Shown piece by piece: positions 37,262 through 47,118 of a stretch of DNA of 64,000 nucleotides; positions within the stretch are counted from its first letter, which is position 1, and each line of letters starts with the position of its first letter. Both the position numbers and the translations under genes were made by a program. The notes under the pieces are model-generated. The model was not told the origin of the DNA. It made no database searches and saw nothing but the letters and a program-made list of their open reading frames with translations. Source of the DNA: Chthoniobacterales bacterium (lineage in GTDB: Bacteria > Verrucomicrobiota > Verrucomicrobiia > Chthoniobacterales > UBA10450); NCBI GenBank assembly GCA_035556975.1, contig DATMEN010000004.1:239988-303987 (forward strand), in the 5' to 3' direction.

Positions 37262-38308
37262 TTGCCGATTCGAATCTTAGCTCTGTTTTTTTTCTGCGGC
37301 CTCGCTTCAGCCCTGGCGCAGAGCGGGCAAACTCAGCCGGCCCGCTCGATCGTCTACACCGTCCACAATCCCGCTGCGATCAAGGATTACCGGACCGATC
37401 CGGCGGTCGTCCGTGCCATGGTGGACCGGCTGCTGCTGGCCGTGACCGGCCAAAGCGATCGGGCGCGCGCCTGGCGTTCACTCGTTTCGCCTGACGACAA
37501 GATTGGCATCAAGATTTCCGCCGCCGGCGGCGAGCTTTTCACCACCCATCGCGACGTGGTCAATGCGCTCGTTGATGGCCTGGTCGTAGCCGGGCATTCG
37601 CGCAGCAGCATTATCGTTTGGGATCGCAGCCTCGGAGGAATGAAAGAGGCGGGTTACCGCCCGGAGACGGAGGGGTATCGGATCAAGTCCATCGCGCCAC
37701 GGGATGGATACGATCCACAAGCGGTCTTCACCGCGCCCGTCACCGGGAAATTAATCTGGGGCGACCTCGCTTATCGGACCGATCGAGGCACCATCCCGCT
37801 GCTTTCCGATCAGGAGGAAACCAGCGATGAGAGCCATTTCGCGCGAATCGTCTCCAGCGAAGTTACGAAAATCATCAACGTTCCAGTGATGAGCGACAGC
37901 TCGACCAATGGATTGGCCGGCTGCTTGTACAACGTCACCATCCCGAACATCGACAACTGGCGGCGCTTCACTCAGGTCCACGGCTACGGCGGCGCGGCGA
38001 TTGCCGGTCTTTACAGCGATCCCTTGATCGGCAAGAAAGTGGTTCTCAATCTTATGGATGGACTGGCCGCGCAATATGCCGGGGGCCCGCAATCTCAGCC
38101 CAATTACGCCGTGCACCACGCCACGCTTCTGGCGAGCAAGGATCCTGTCGCTCTCGATGCCATCGCCCTGCAACGGATCGAGCAATGGCGCGAGAAGGCG
38201 AAACTTCCTCCGATCGGCAGATTGGCGGCCCACGTGCCGATCGCCGAGCAAGTTGGGATCGGCAACGCGGACCTCGCGCGCATCGAAGTCAGGAACGTCC
38301 GTCCGTGA
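37262..38308 (+). CDS. DUF362-like secreted protein
   Basis: Signal peptide MPIRILALFFFCGLASALAQ, then KIGIKISAAGG...HRDVVNALVDGL and DPVALDAIAL. The family call is tentative. Confidence 0.5.
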   Translation: MPIRILALFFFCGLASALAQSGQTQPARSIVYTVHNPAAIKDYRTDPAVVRAMVDRLLLAVTGQSDRARAWRSLVSPDDKIGIKISAAGGELFTTHRDVVNALVDGLVVAGHSRSSIIVWDRSLGGMKEAGYRPETEGYRIKSIAPRDGYDPQAVFTAPVTGKLIWGDLAYRTDRGTIPLLSDQEETSDESHFARIVSSEVTKIINVPVMSDSSTNGLAGCLYNVTIPNIDNWRRFTQVHGYGGAAIAGLYSDPLIGKKVVLNLMDGLAAQYAGGPQSQPNYAVHHATLLASKDPVALDAIALQRIEQWREKAKLPPIGRLAAHVPIAEQVGIGNADLARIEVRNVRP

Positions 38309-38319
38309 ACGCGCGCGAG

Positions 38320-39362
<1,043 letters not shown>

Positions 39363-39366
<4 letters not shown>

Positions 39367-39461
39367 GTGGATCGTGCGCTCCGCGCGCGATGGCAAGTTC
39401 AACCCCGAAAGCTTTCGGGCTACCTTTTAGCATCGTGCGACGGAGCGCACGATCCACCTAC
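39363..39461. terminator. PAL-G 99-bp palindrome between convergent genes
   Basis: The 21-bp arms are GTAGGTGGATCGTGCGCTCCG and CGGAGCGCACGATCCACCTAC, with an inner hairpin CCCGAAAG/CTTTCGGG. Both neighbouring stop codons lie inside the arms. Confidence 0.8.
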
Positions 39462-40240
39462 CGAAAGTAATTTCGCTGCTTCTCAGTGATCGGGCGGCCG
39501 AGCCGCTCCAGAACTTGCAGCATGTCTTCCCACACTTTCCGCTTCTCCGACGGCGCCTGGTTCCGGAGCAGATAGGACGGGTGATACGTGATCATGAGCG
39601 GAGTGTCCTGATGTGAGTGCCACCTTCCGCGCAGCTCTCGCATCACTCCGCGAGTTCCGAGCAGTCCCTCGACCGCCGTGGCGCCGAGGGCGATCAAGAC
39701 CTTCGGTTGAATGATGCCGATCTGCTCCGCCAGATAGGGCAGGCAGGTCTGCATCTCGACGGGCGTGGGCGGCCGGTTGCCCGCGCTGCCCGGCGGCATG
39801 TCCGGCCGGCACTTCAGAACATTCGCGATATAAACGTCACTGCGCTTAAATCCCATGGTTTCGATGATCTTCGTCAACAACTGCCCGGCTCGTCCGACGA
39901 ACGGTTCGCCGCGTGCATCCTCGTCCGCGCCCGGTGCTTCCCCGATGAACACCAACTCGGCCTCCGGGTTGCCCACACCAAAGACCGTTTGCGTGCGCGT
40001 GCGCGCAAGGTGCGGGCATTTGATGCAAACCGCGACTCGCGCCCGAATCGCATCGAGGCTGGCCACTTTGTCCACGGCTCCCTGGAGGGACGGGCGCTGT
40101 CCCGTCCCTGACTCCGCTGGACGTCCGCTTCGAAGTTCCACCAGCGCACTCCGCGAGGCCCTCGGAAGTTTCTCTCCCCGGTCGCGAATCTGTTCGAGCG
40201 CGCCCATGACGAGATCGAGGGCCGAAGGAAATTCGCTCAC
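39458..40240 (-). CDS. Uracil-DNA glycosylase, family 4
   Basis: [37 protein letters not shown] and [12 protein letters not shown]. Confidence 0.85.
   Translation of the reverse strand: MSEFPSALDLVMGALEQIRDRGEKLPRASRSALVELRSGRPAESGTGQRPSLQGAVDKVASLDAIRARVAVCIKCPHLARTRTQTVFGVGNPEAELVFIGEAPGADEDARGEPFVGRAGQLLTKIIETMGFKRSDVYIANVLKCRPDMPPGSAGNRPPTPVEMQTCLPYLAEQIGIIQPKVLIALGATAVEGLLGTRGVMRELRGRWHSHQDTPLMITYHPSYLLRNQAPSEKRKVWEDMLQVLERLGRPITEKQRNYFR
40084..40108. repeat. REP-B single hairpin inside the UDG coding region
   Basis: GGAGGGACGGGCGCTGTCCCGTCCC is identical to 2502-2526. On the minus strand it encodes the TGQRPSLQ linker. Confidence 0.85.
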
Positions 40241-40302
40241 TGCCCGACCATCTGAGGTTTTGCGCCGGAGAGCAATTCCTTTGATGCTGTAAGGAGGCTA
40301 CA

Positions 40303-40369
40303 ACAGGAGATCGCAGAGGGCACAGACTCGTAAGAAAAGAATTGCTCTGTGGCCTCTGCGACCTCCTGT
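40303..40369 (+). promoter_or_regulatory. 23-bp inverted repeat in the queA leader
   Basis: ACAGGAGATCGCAGAGGGCACAG ... CTGTGGCCTCTGCGACCTCCTGT. The right arm ends 8 nt before the queA ATG. Confidence 0.4.
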
Positions 40370-40377
40370 GATTTGAT

Positions 40378-41358
40378 ATGAGTTCGCTGCTTTCCGATTA
40401 CGATTACGTTTTGCCGGAAGAGCTAATCGCACGCCGGCCACTTCCGCGCCGGGAAGATTCCCGCATGATGGTGCTGCATCGGCGTGACCAGCGAATCGAA
40501 CACCGGAAGTTCGCCGACCTGGGCGAATTTCTCGCGCCGGGCGATTTACTCGTCTTGAACAACACCCGTGTGATGAGCGCGCGACGATTCTCCGACGATG
40601 GAAAAATCGAATTTCTCTTCCTCGAACGGCTTGGTCCTGCGCGTTGGAAATGCCTGGTCAAACCTGGCCGGAAAATGCGTCCTGGCGCCGTGGCGACGAT
40701 TAACGGCGCGACGGCGCGCGTGGAAGAAATCTGCGCCGGCGGCGAGCGAGTAATTTCATTCGGAAGCGAAGAGAATTTTTTTGAAGGAGGTTTGGTTCCG
40801 CTTCCGCCGTACCTGCGACGGCAAAGCGATCCCAGCGATGTCGAGCGGTATCAAACCGTTTTCGCGGAAATACCGGGCGCCATTGCCGCGCCGACCGCCG
40901 GGTTGCATTTCACTCCGGAAATTCTGGCTAAGCTGCCGCACGCTTTCCTTACGCTTCATGTCGGCACGGGGACTTTCCAGCCGGTTAAGACGGAGGAAAT
41001 CGCCAATCACCGGATGCACGAAGAGCAATTCTCCATTGCCGACTCAGCCGCGGCCGCCATCAATGACGCGACCCGGATCTTTGCGGTCGGAACAACGACT
41101 GTTCGGGTGCTGGAGGCCGCCGCTCGTCACGACGGAAAACTGGTCGCGCAGAATGGCTTGACGGACATCTTCATTCATCCACCCGCAAAGATCCGACATG
41201 CCGATTGCTTGCTAACGAACTTCCACCTGCCGCGCTCAACCTTGCTGATGCTGGTGAGCGCGTTCGCCGGCCGGGAATTTCTGCTGGCCGCGTATGCCGA
41301 AGCGATTCGGGGGCGCTACCGCTTCTATAGTTACGGCGATTGCATGCTTATACTGTAG
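40378..41358 (+). CDS. queA: S-adenosylmethionine:tRNA ribosyltransferase-isomerase
   Basis: YDYVLPEELIARRPL, VGTGTFQPV, AVGTTTVRVLE. Confidence 0.9.
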   Translation: MSSLLSDYDYVLPEELIARRPLPRREDSRMMVLHRRDQRIEHRKFADLGEFLAPGDLLVLNNTRVMSARRFSDDGKIEFLFLERLGPARWKCLVKPGRKMRPGAVATINGATARVEEICAGGERVISFGSEENFFEGGLVPLPPYLRRQSDPSDVERYQTVFAEIPGAIAAPTAGLHFTPEILAKLPHAFLTLHVGTGTFQPVKTEEIANHRMHEEQFSIADSAAAAINDATRIFAVGTTTVRVLEAAARHDGKLVAQNGLTDIFIHPPAKIRHADCLLTNFHLPRSTLLMLVSAFAGREFLLAAYAEAIRGRYRFYSYGDCMLIL

Positions 41359-41451
41359 TCACGCCGCTGCGAGCCGTGTTTGGTAATCTTCGGCAAGAAA
41401 CGCGGGCCACAGGGCCGTGGCTACGGCGAAATCCGTGTGCTATTCTCGCGC

Positions 41452-41841
41452 ATGGATTCCGTGGATGAACCGAAGGGCGAGCTCGTCATTCGCACGATCG
41501 CGATGCCGGCGGACACCAATCCGAATGGGGATATTTTCGGCGGGTGGATCATGTCGCAAATGGACTTGGGCAGCGGAATTCTGGCGGCGAAAACGGCGAA
41601 GACCCGCGTGGTGACCGTCGCGATGGAAGGGATGTCGTTTCTCCACCCGGTGCGCGTGGGCGACACCGTGGCCTGCTACGCGTGGGTCGAAAAAATCGGC
41701 CGCACTTCGATGACGATCCCGGTCGAGGTCTGGGTGCAACGCTACATGAGCGGGGAACAGGTGCGCGTCACGCGTGGAGTTTTCATTTACGTGGCGGTCG
41801 ACAGTGAAGGGAAACCGATTCCCGTTCAGCGAAGCATTTAA
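41452..41841 (+). CDS. Acyl-CoA thioesterase (YciA-like hotdog fold)
   Basis: PADTNPNGDIFGGWIMSQMD. Trimmed to ATG 41452. Confidence 0.8.
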   Translation: MDSVDEPKGELVIRTIAMPADTNPNGDIFGGWIMSQMDLGSGILAAKTAKTRVVTVAMEGMSFLHPVRVGDTVACYAWVEKIGRTSMTIPVEVWVQRYMSGEQVRVTRGVFIYVAVDSEGKPIPVQRSI

Positions 41842-41868
41842 GGTGGATCGAGCTCTCCCCGAATGCTT

Positions 41869-41948
41869 GGTGATCGGTGAATTGTGAATGGTCTCTTCCA
41901 TTCACTTATCACTAGTCACTATTCACGCTCTCAAACTTCACTCACTTG
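41869..41948. repeat. HEX-F hexamer-periodic hairpin (preceded by a PAL-G half-site at 41841-41860)
   Basis: GGTGATC GGTGAAT TGTGAATGG tctctt CCATTCAC TTATCAC TAGTCAC TATTCAC. The core is a perfect 8-bp stem. Confidence 0.6.
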
Positions 41949-42279
41949 CCAGATCGCCTGGAACAGCCATCGGACCTTCCGATATCTCCACCATTTCCTG
42001 CGGCTCAGATGGGACCATCACGTCGGGGGGTGGAAGCTCCGGCGCGGCTTTGCTCCATTGTGCCCTCCGCCGATCGCGTTCGACGCGCATTTTCTTCAAG
42101 TGCCAGGCGTAGGTGCGGTCGACGCGCACTTTCTTCAAGTGTTTGGCGTAGGTGCGATCGAGCCGCATTTTCTTCAAGTGTTTGGCGTAGGTGCGATCCG
42201 GCCGTCCGCCGCCGGAGGAATGCGAACAGGCGGGGATGCTGCTCAGGGCCAGGAAGAGAATGAGGCAAAGCGATTTCAT
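41938..42279 (-). CDS. Small lipoprotein with three 13-aa tandem repeats
   Basis: Lipobox LSSIPAC, then DRTYAKHLKKMRL / DRTYAKHLKKVRV / DRTYAWHLKKMRV. Confidence 0.6.
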   Translation of the reverse strand: MKSLCLILFLALSSIPACSHSSGGGRPDRTYAKHLKKMRLDRTYAKHLKKVRVDRTYAWHLKKMRVERDRRRAQWSKAAPELPPPDVMVPSEPQEMVEISEGPMAVPGDLASE

Positions 42280-42294
42280 AAAGGACGCTGCTGG

Positions 42295-43317
42295 TCAGGC
42301 AACTTTCTGGCCAGAGCCAACCGACGACAGATCGAGCTGTTGCGACTCGATGAGTTCGTCCACGGCCTGGTAAATCTTCAACTCGTTGAAGGAACACTCT
42401 CGAAACAAACTGGAAAATAGGACTGGCCCGCTACCGACGAATCTCCAAATCTGTTCCGCCACGGGTTGCAGCCAGGCGGGCGCACCCGCCGGCCAGGCAA
42501 GGTTCGACCCTCGCCGGTGAAGCGTCGCCGAGCCATCGGGCATGCGACGTTTCAGGTCGTTTAGTTCGTCCCGACTTTGCAACGCGCTGATCAGCATCTC
42601 ATCTGGATTTCGGGCGAACTCTTCCTCCTGCATTCCGGCCCGCAGCACCCGGTCGCCGGAGGAGAAGGAAAACGTGCCCGCCAGGGCTTCGCTCAGGAAG
42701 AGCTGGGAAAAGGCCTCTTCGCCCGCCAGATGCTCGAATTGGCCGCAGCGCGGCTGGCCTTTTTCGAAGTAGAACGCGGAAATCAGCTGGGAGCTTTCGT
42801 TCGAGATACGGAGCTCGCCGGTTTGCGACGAATTCACAATGGTCTGGTAGACGGTGACCAAATCGAAGTTCGAGAGGCTGCCGCTCAACTCCAGGCAGTG
42901 ACTCTGGGACAGCGTGAGATCTCTTGCTTGCGCGAGCCGGAAGGCGAGTTGTTCGCTGAGATATTGAAAAAACGACGGGACCCGCCGGACCAGTTCGGGA
43001 AAATTCTCGCGGTGGAAACATTGGAGACTCACCGGTTCGCGCGTGCGCACGAGGTATTTACGCGGGCGCTCGGTCAGAATCTCGACGTCGCCAAAGATAT
43101 CTCCGCGGGAGAGATAGGTGTCCGACACATTCTTGGCGCTGCTGCGGACTGCTTCGACCACGCCACGGTTGATGATGAAAAAGGCGTCGCCGGGGTCGCC
43201 GGGGGCGTAAATCGTCTCGCCCGCGGCCAGATGCCGGGTCTGCGAAAGCTCGCCGATCGCCTTCAGCTCAAGGGGCTTAAGCGTGGTGCAAAAGCCAAAA
43301 AAGTCCCTGTCCACCAT
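42295..43317 (-). CDS. Cyclic-nucleotide-binding domain protein with a DUF4388-like domain
   Basis: GDPGDAFFIINRGVVEAV...FGDVEIL...PRKYLVRT (cNMP-binding), then LSGSLSNFDLVTVYQTIVNSSQTGELRI (DUF4388-like). Confidence 0.7.
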   Translation of the reverse strand: MVDRDFFGFCTTLKPLELKAIGELSQTRHLAAGETIYAPGDPGDAFFIINRGVVEAVRSSAKNVSDTYLSRGDIFGDVEILTERPRKYLVRTREPVSLQCFHRENFPELVRRVPSFFQYLSEQLAFRLAQARDLTLSQSHCLELSGSLSNFDLVTVYQTIVNSSQTGELRISNESSQLISAFYFEKGQPRCGQFEHLAGEEAFSQLFLSEALAGTFSFSSGDRVLRAGMQEEEFARNPDEMLISALQSRDELNDLKRRMPDGSATLHRRGSNLAWPAGAPAWLQPVAEQIWRFVGSGPVLFSSLFRECSFNELKIYQAVDELIESQQLDLSSVGSGQKVA

Positions 43318-43414
43318 GCCATTTCTATAGCAGGAGTCGTGCTCCGTAGCGCAGGCAAGATGCCTGCGCTCGGCCGGGAGTTGCAACTACGGCTTGGGCC
43401 GCTCAGACTTCGCC

Positions 43415-44617
43415 ATGCGCGAAGTCGCCTACCTGCTCGAGCGATTTCCCTCCTTCGGCCAGACTTTCTGTTATCGCGAGGTGGTGGAGCTGGAGCGCCA
43501 GGGCACAAGAGTTCACGTTTACTCGATCCGGCGGCCGGTCGATGAACCGAAACAGGATTGGGACGAGCAACTCGTCCGCCGGGTGCATTACCTGCCCGAG
43601 GAAGATGCTCTGGTGCGTGAGGTCGACCGGTCGTTGCGCGACGGGAGGGTGTCAGGCGCCACGCGGGAAACGATCGAGAAATGGGGCCGGCAATCGGACT
43701 TTCTGCGGCTTTATCAGGCCGTTTATCTGGGAACGCGCATGCAACAAGACGGTGTGCGGCGCCTTCACGCGCATTTTGCCGGAATGGCGGCGCGAACGGC
43801 ATTTTGGATCAATCAATTCTTCGGAATTCCTTACAGCTTCACCGCGCACGCGAACGACATCTTTGCGCCGCGGGATTTCGCCGTTTCACTGGCGAAATTG
43901 CTGGAAAACGCGGCGGCGATCGTGACGGTGAGCGATTACGCGGCGGAGTTTCTTCGGAACCGTTTTCCCGAAGCGGCCGCGAAAGTGCATCGAATCTACA
44001 ACGGGGTGGATCTATCTCGTTTCCATCCGGTTGACTTTGGCAGCGGAACTCCAGCGATCGTCTCCATCGGCCGATTGATCGAGAAAAAGGGGTTCGCCGA
44101 TCTCATCAGCGCCTGTCGCCTCCTCAAGCCGCGTGGGCGTCCGTTCATTTGCGAAATTGTCGGCGAAGGCCCGCTCGAGCCGGCGCTGCGAGCTCAGATC
44201 GTTCGGGACGGTCTGGAATCGTGCGTGAAATTGGCCGGGCCCCAGACCCAATCCCAGATCGCGCTGCGCCTCGCGCACGCCACGATCTTTGCCCTGCCCT
44301 GCACGCGGGAAGAGAGTGGGGGGATGGACAATTTGCCGACCGTTATCATGGAAGCCATGGCCGCGGGGTTGCCGGTTATTTCGACGCCAATCGCGGGCGT
44401 TCCGGAAATGGTCGAGCACGACTCGAGCGGAATCCTGGTTCCAGAACATGAACCCGGGGCGGTTTGCGCTGCGCTCGAATATTTGATCGCCAATCCTGAG
44501 CAGGCGCGAAGATTCGGCGACCGGGGCCGGCAGATCGCGAGGGACAAATTCTCGATTGAAGCAAGCGGCCGTGCTTTGCGCGCGCTTTTCGTCAACATTC
44601 AAGGAGCGGCGGTTTGA
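43415..44617 (+). CDS. Group 1 (GT4) glycosyltransferase
   Basis: REESGGMDNLPTVIMEAMAAGLPVISTPIAGVPEMVEH (E-x7-E region). The last 6 codons and the stop lie within a REP-A element. Confidence 0.8.
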   Translation: MREVAYLLERFPSFGQTFCYREVVELERQGTRVHVYSIRRPVDEPKQDWDEQLVRRVHYLPEEDALVREVDRSLRDGRVSGATRETIEKWGRQSDFLRLYQAVYLGTRMQQDGVRRLHAHFAGMAARTAFWINQFFGIPYSFTAHANDIFAPRDFAVSLAKLLENAAAIVTVSDYAAEFLRNRFPEAAAKVHRIYNGVDLSRFHPVDFGSGTPAIVSIGRLIEKKGFADLISACRLLKPRGRPFICEIVGEGPLEPALRAQIVRDGLESCVKLAGPQTQSQIALRLAHATIFALPCTREESGGMDNLPTVIMEAMAAGLPVISTPIAGVPEMVEHDSSGILVPEHEPGAVCAALEYLIANPEQARRFGDRGRQIARDKFSIEASGRALRALFVNIQGAAV

Positions 44618-44662
44618 AACCGCCGTTTACATTGTCGGCGGTTGCAAACCGCCGCTCCTTGG
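44600..44662. repeat. REP-A palindromic doublet
   Basis: CAAGGAGCGGCGGTTTGAAACCGCCG ... CGGCGGTTGCAAACCGCCGCTCCTTGG. Confidence 0.9.
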
Positions 44663-44720
44663 GTTGCTGTCGCTCACTTTTCGTCTTGCCCTGACAATCG
44701 CCGGAGTGCGAAATAGAGAC

Positions 44721-45449
44721 ATGAAATTACCCCTGCGCGTTCTCTTTGCGGCCGCACTCTGTGTCGTTTGCGCCGCGCCTTCCCAGGCCCAGAGCTGGAT
44801 GGAACCCTATAATCGACTCCTCGGGAAGTACGTCACCTCCGGTGGGGTGAAGTATGCGGCCTGGAAAAGCAACGCTGCCGACATGCAGGCACTCCAGACC
44901 GTGGTGGATGGAATCGCCAAGGAGAGCATATCCGGGCTGGATAAGAGGCAGCAGCTCGCGTTTTACTGCAACGCCTATAACGCCTGGATTCTGCACGAAG
45001 CGCTCGGAAAATACCCGACCGCGAGCGTAAAGGACACGCTCTACACGTTCTTTACCAGCAAACGGATTACCGTGGCCGGGCAAAAGACCAGCTTTAAGGC
45101 GCTGGAAGATAATGTGATTAGAAAACTCGGCGAGCCGCGGATCCATTTCGCGCTCAATTGCGCCAGTCGAAGTTGCCCGCCGCTCAATCGCGAAGCGTTT
45201 AGCGGTCCAAAACTGGAGGAGCAATTCGAAAAAATGGCCAAGGGCTACGTGAATTCGGACCGGGGAGTCCGGTATTCCGCCGAGAGCAAGACAGCGCAGC
45301 TCTCGAAAATTTTCGATTGGTACAAGGATGACTTCGGAGGCGCGGGCGGCGCGCTGGCCTTCATCAACAAGCGCCGCTCCACGCCGATACCGGCGGATGC
45401 GAAGATCAGCTATCAGGAATACGATTGGGGTTTGAACGAAGTGAAGTAG
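44721..45449 (+). CDS. DUF547 domain protein (secreted)
   Basis: Trimmed to MKLPLRVLFAAALCVVCAAPSQA. Also FYCNAYNAW and RIHFALNCASRSCPPL. Confidence 0.8.
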   Translation: MKLPLRVLFAAALCVVCAAPSQAQSWMEPYNRLLGKYVTSGGVKYAAWKSNAADMQALQTVVDGIAKESISGLDKRQQLAFYCNAYNAWILHEALGKYPTASVKDTLYTFFTSKRITVAGQKTSFKALEDNVIRKLGEPRIHFALNCASRSCPPLNREAFSGPKLEEQFEKMAKGYVNSDRGVRYSAESKTAQLSKIFDWYKDDFGGAGGALAFINKRRSTPIPADAKISYQEYDWGLNEVK

Positions 45450-45458
45450 TGTCAGGGA

Positions 45459-46910
45459 ATGGTGTCGCTCGCGCACGTGGAAGAAGTGAACCAGCAGCCA
45501 CGCTGGCGCGCGCGCTGGAACGCGTTTCGTCATCCCATTGCCGAAGAAAAAGCGCGCGTGTTGAGGGAGCGCTGGGAATCGCTCCCGCTCGAGCTCCGCA
45601 CGAATAATCAGATCTCCGGCCGGCACCTGACCCACTGCGGTTTCACGCTCGGCGCCAGTTATTGCTCGTTTCATTGCACGCATTGCTATCTCCCAAAAAA
45701 CGCGAACGAAATCCCGATCCCGTCTCTCGCGCAGGTGAAGGAGCAGATCGACGCGAACCGTCGTTTGCAAGGTCCAGGCGGTGGCCTCCAGATCACGGGC
45801 GGCGACGTGGCCGACGCCTATTGGAAATCGGGACGCGGCGACGAGCTGATCGAGATTGTCCGTTACGCGATCTCTGTCGGCTCCATCCCGATGCTCATGA
45901 CGCACGGACAAACCTTGATCGAGCATCCGGAATTTCTCGAGCGGCTCGTGGTCGAGGGCGGATTGCGGCAGATCTCCGTGCATGTCGACATGACCCAGGC
46001 CGGCCGCCACGGCTTTCCGATCGGCCGGATCAAATGCGAAGCCGATCTGCACCCGGTGCGTCAGGCGTTCACCGATCTCGCTTTCCGCGTCCGCGAGAGC
46101 ACCGGGTTGCTCCTCGAATACGCGCTCAGTTTTACGGTGACGCGCCGCAACATCGACGACGTGCCCGAAGTGATTCGGTGGTACCTGGCCGATCCGAAAC
46201 GGAGTTACATCTGGCGCATGCTCAGTTTCCAGCCGGAGGCCGACACCGGGCGCACAATTTTTTCCCAGCGCCCGATCACGTCCGCCGATGTGTGGGAAAA
46301 AATTCGCGAGGGCGTCGGGTTGCCGCTCCGCCGCGACGTCTCGATCTTCGGTCACCCGGATTGTAACAGTTGGGCCTCGCTCTTGATCGCGCGGCCGTCT
46401 GGCAAATTTTTCCCTCTCCTGCCGGACGAGAAGAAATTCGATGCGCTCCTGGGTGAAGTGCTGCGAAAAATTGGCGGCCTCTCCCTCGTGAATGACGATG
46501 CCGGGACGCCGCCCTATCGCCTTGCCGGGGTCTTGTTTCAACATCCGCTCCTCGCCGCCAAACTTGTCTACAAGCTTTTGCGCTATGTCACCTCACGGAA
46601 GGCGCCCCCGGAAATTTTGCGGTCGCTGTTGCGCGGCCAGGTCCACACGCTTGGCGTGGGCATGCACAATTTCATGGATGCCAAGCAGGTGGCCCAGGCC
46701 GATACCGATCCGGTCATCCGGGCGCGGCTCGATTCCTGTGTGTTCAAGGGAGCGGTGAAACGCGATGGCGAATGGGTCGCCGTGCCGATGTGCTCGATGA
46801 ATCAACAGACCTGGTCGGAGGTTTACGACGGCCGGCTGAATGACCCCGAGCTCCTGAAACAGCCGCAGGTTTTCAATAGGGCGGAAACAGTCGCGGCCTC
46901 GGGAGCGTAA
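45459..46910 (+). CDS. Radical SAM domain protein
   Basis: CSFHCTHCY (CxxxCxxC), 483 aa. It starts 9 nt after the DUF547 gene. Confidence 0.7.
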   Translation: MVSLAHVEEVNQQPRWRARWNAFRHPIAEEKARVLRERWESLPLELRTNNQISGRHLTHCGFTLGASYCSFHCTHCYLPKNANEIPIPSLAQVKEQIDANRRLQGPGGGLQITGGDVADAYWKSGRGDELIEIVRYAISVGSIPMLMTHGQTLIEHPEFLERLVVEGGLRQISVHVDMTQAGRHGFPIGRIKCEADLHPVRQAFTDLAFRVRESTGLLLEYALSFTVTRRNIDDVPEVIRWYLADPKRSYIWRMLSFQPEADTGRTIFSQRPITSADVWEKIREGVGLPLRRDVSIFGHPDCNSWASLLIARPSGKFFPLLPDEKKFDALLGEVLRKIGGLSLVNDDAGTPPYRLAGVLFQHPLLAAKLVYKLLRYVTSRKAPPEILRSLLRGQVHTLGVGMHNFMDAKQVAQADTDPVIRARLDSCVFKGAVKRDGEWVAVPMCSMNQQTWSEVYDGRLNDPELLKQPQVFNRAETVAASGA

Positions 46911-46916
46911 CGCTCT

Positions 46917-46995
46917 CGGCTCGACAGAGTCTCGCCCTACCAGAAGAGGTGACTACGCGACTTTCAGCCTGGTAGGGCGAGACTCTGTCGAGCCG
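46917..46995. repeat. REP-C pair (arms in the opposite order to 28493-28561)
   Basis: CGGCTCGACAGAGTCTCGCCCTACC ... GGTAGGGCGAGACTCTGTCGAGCCG, followed by GATGAACGCGCG. Confidence 0.85.
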
Positions 46996-47042
46996 GATGA
47001 ACGCGCGAAAAAACTCCCACAACGTTGGAGGTTTGTAAGCTT

Positions 47043-47105
47043 CAAGGAGCGGCGATTTTCAATCGCCGATCAATTAAAACGGCGGTTTCAAACCGCCGCT
47101 CCTTG
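47043..47105. repeat. REP-A palindromic doublet
   Basis: CAAGGAGCGGCGATTTTCAATCGCCG ... CGGCGGTTTCAAACCGCCGCTCCTTG. Confidence 0.9.
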
Positions 47106-47118
47106 TCAGAAACCGCCG

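Noticed and set aside
44727-46544. 605-aa minus-strand ORF; similar cases at 19507..20574, 26456..27499, 29622..30929, 33133..34173, 48498..49817 and 55384..56487
   Set aside because: All lie antisense to genes with clear family motifs (DUF547/radical SAM, lpxB, mutL, uppP, purA, zwf, chrA), and all have Arg/Gly/Pro-biased low-complexity translations.
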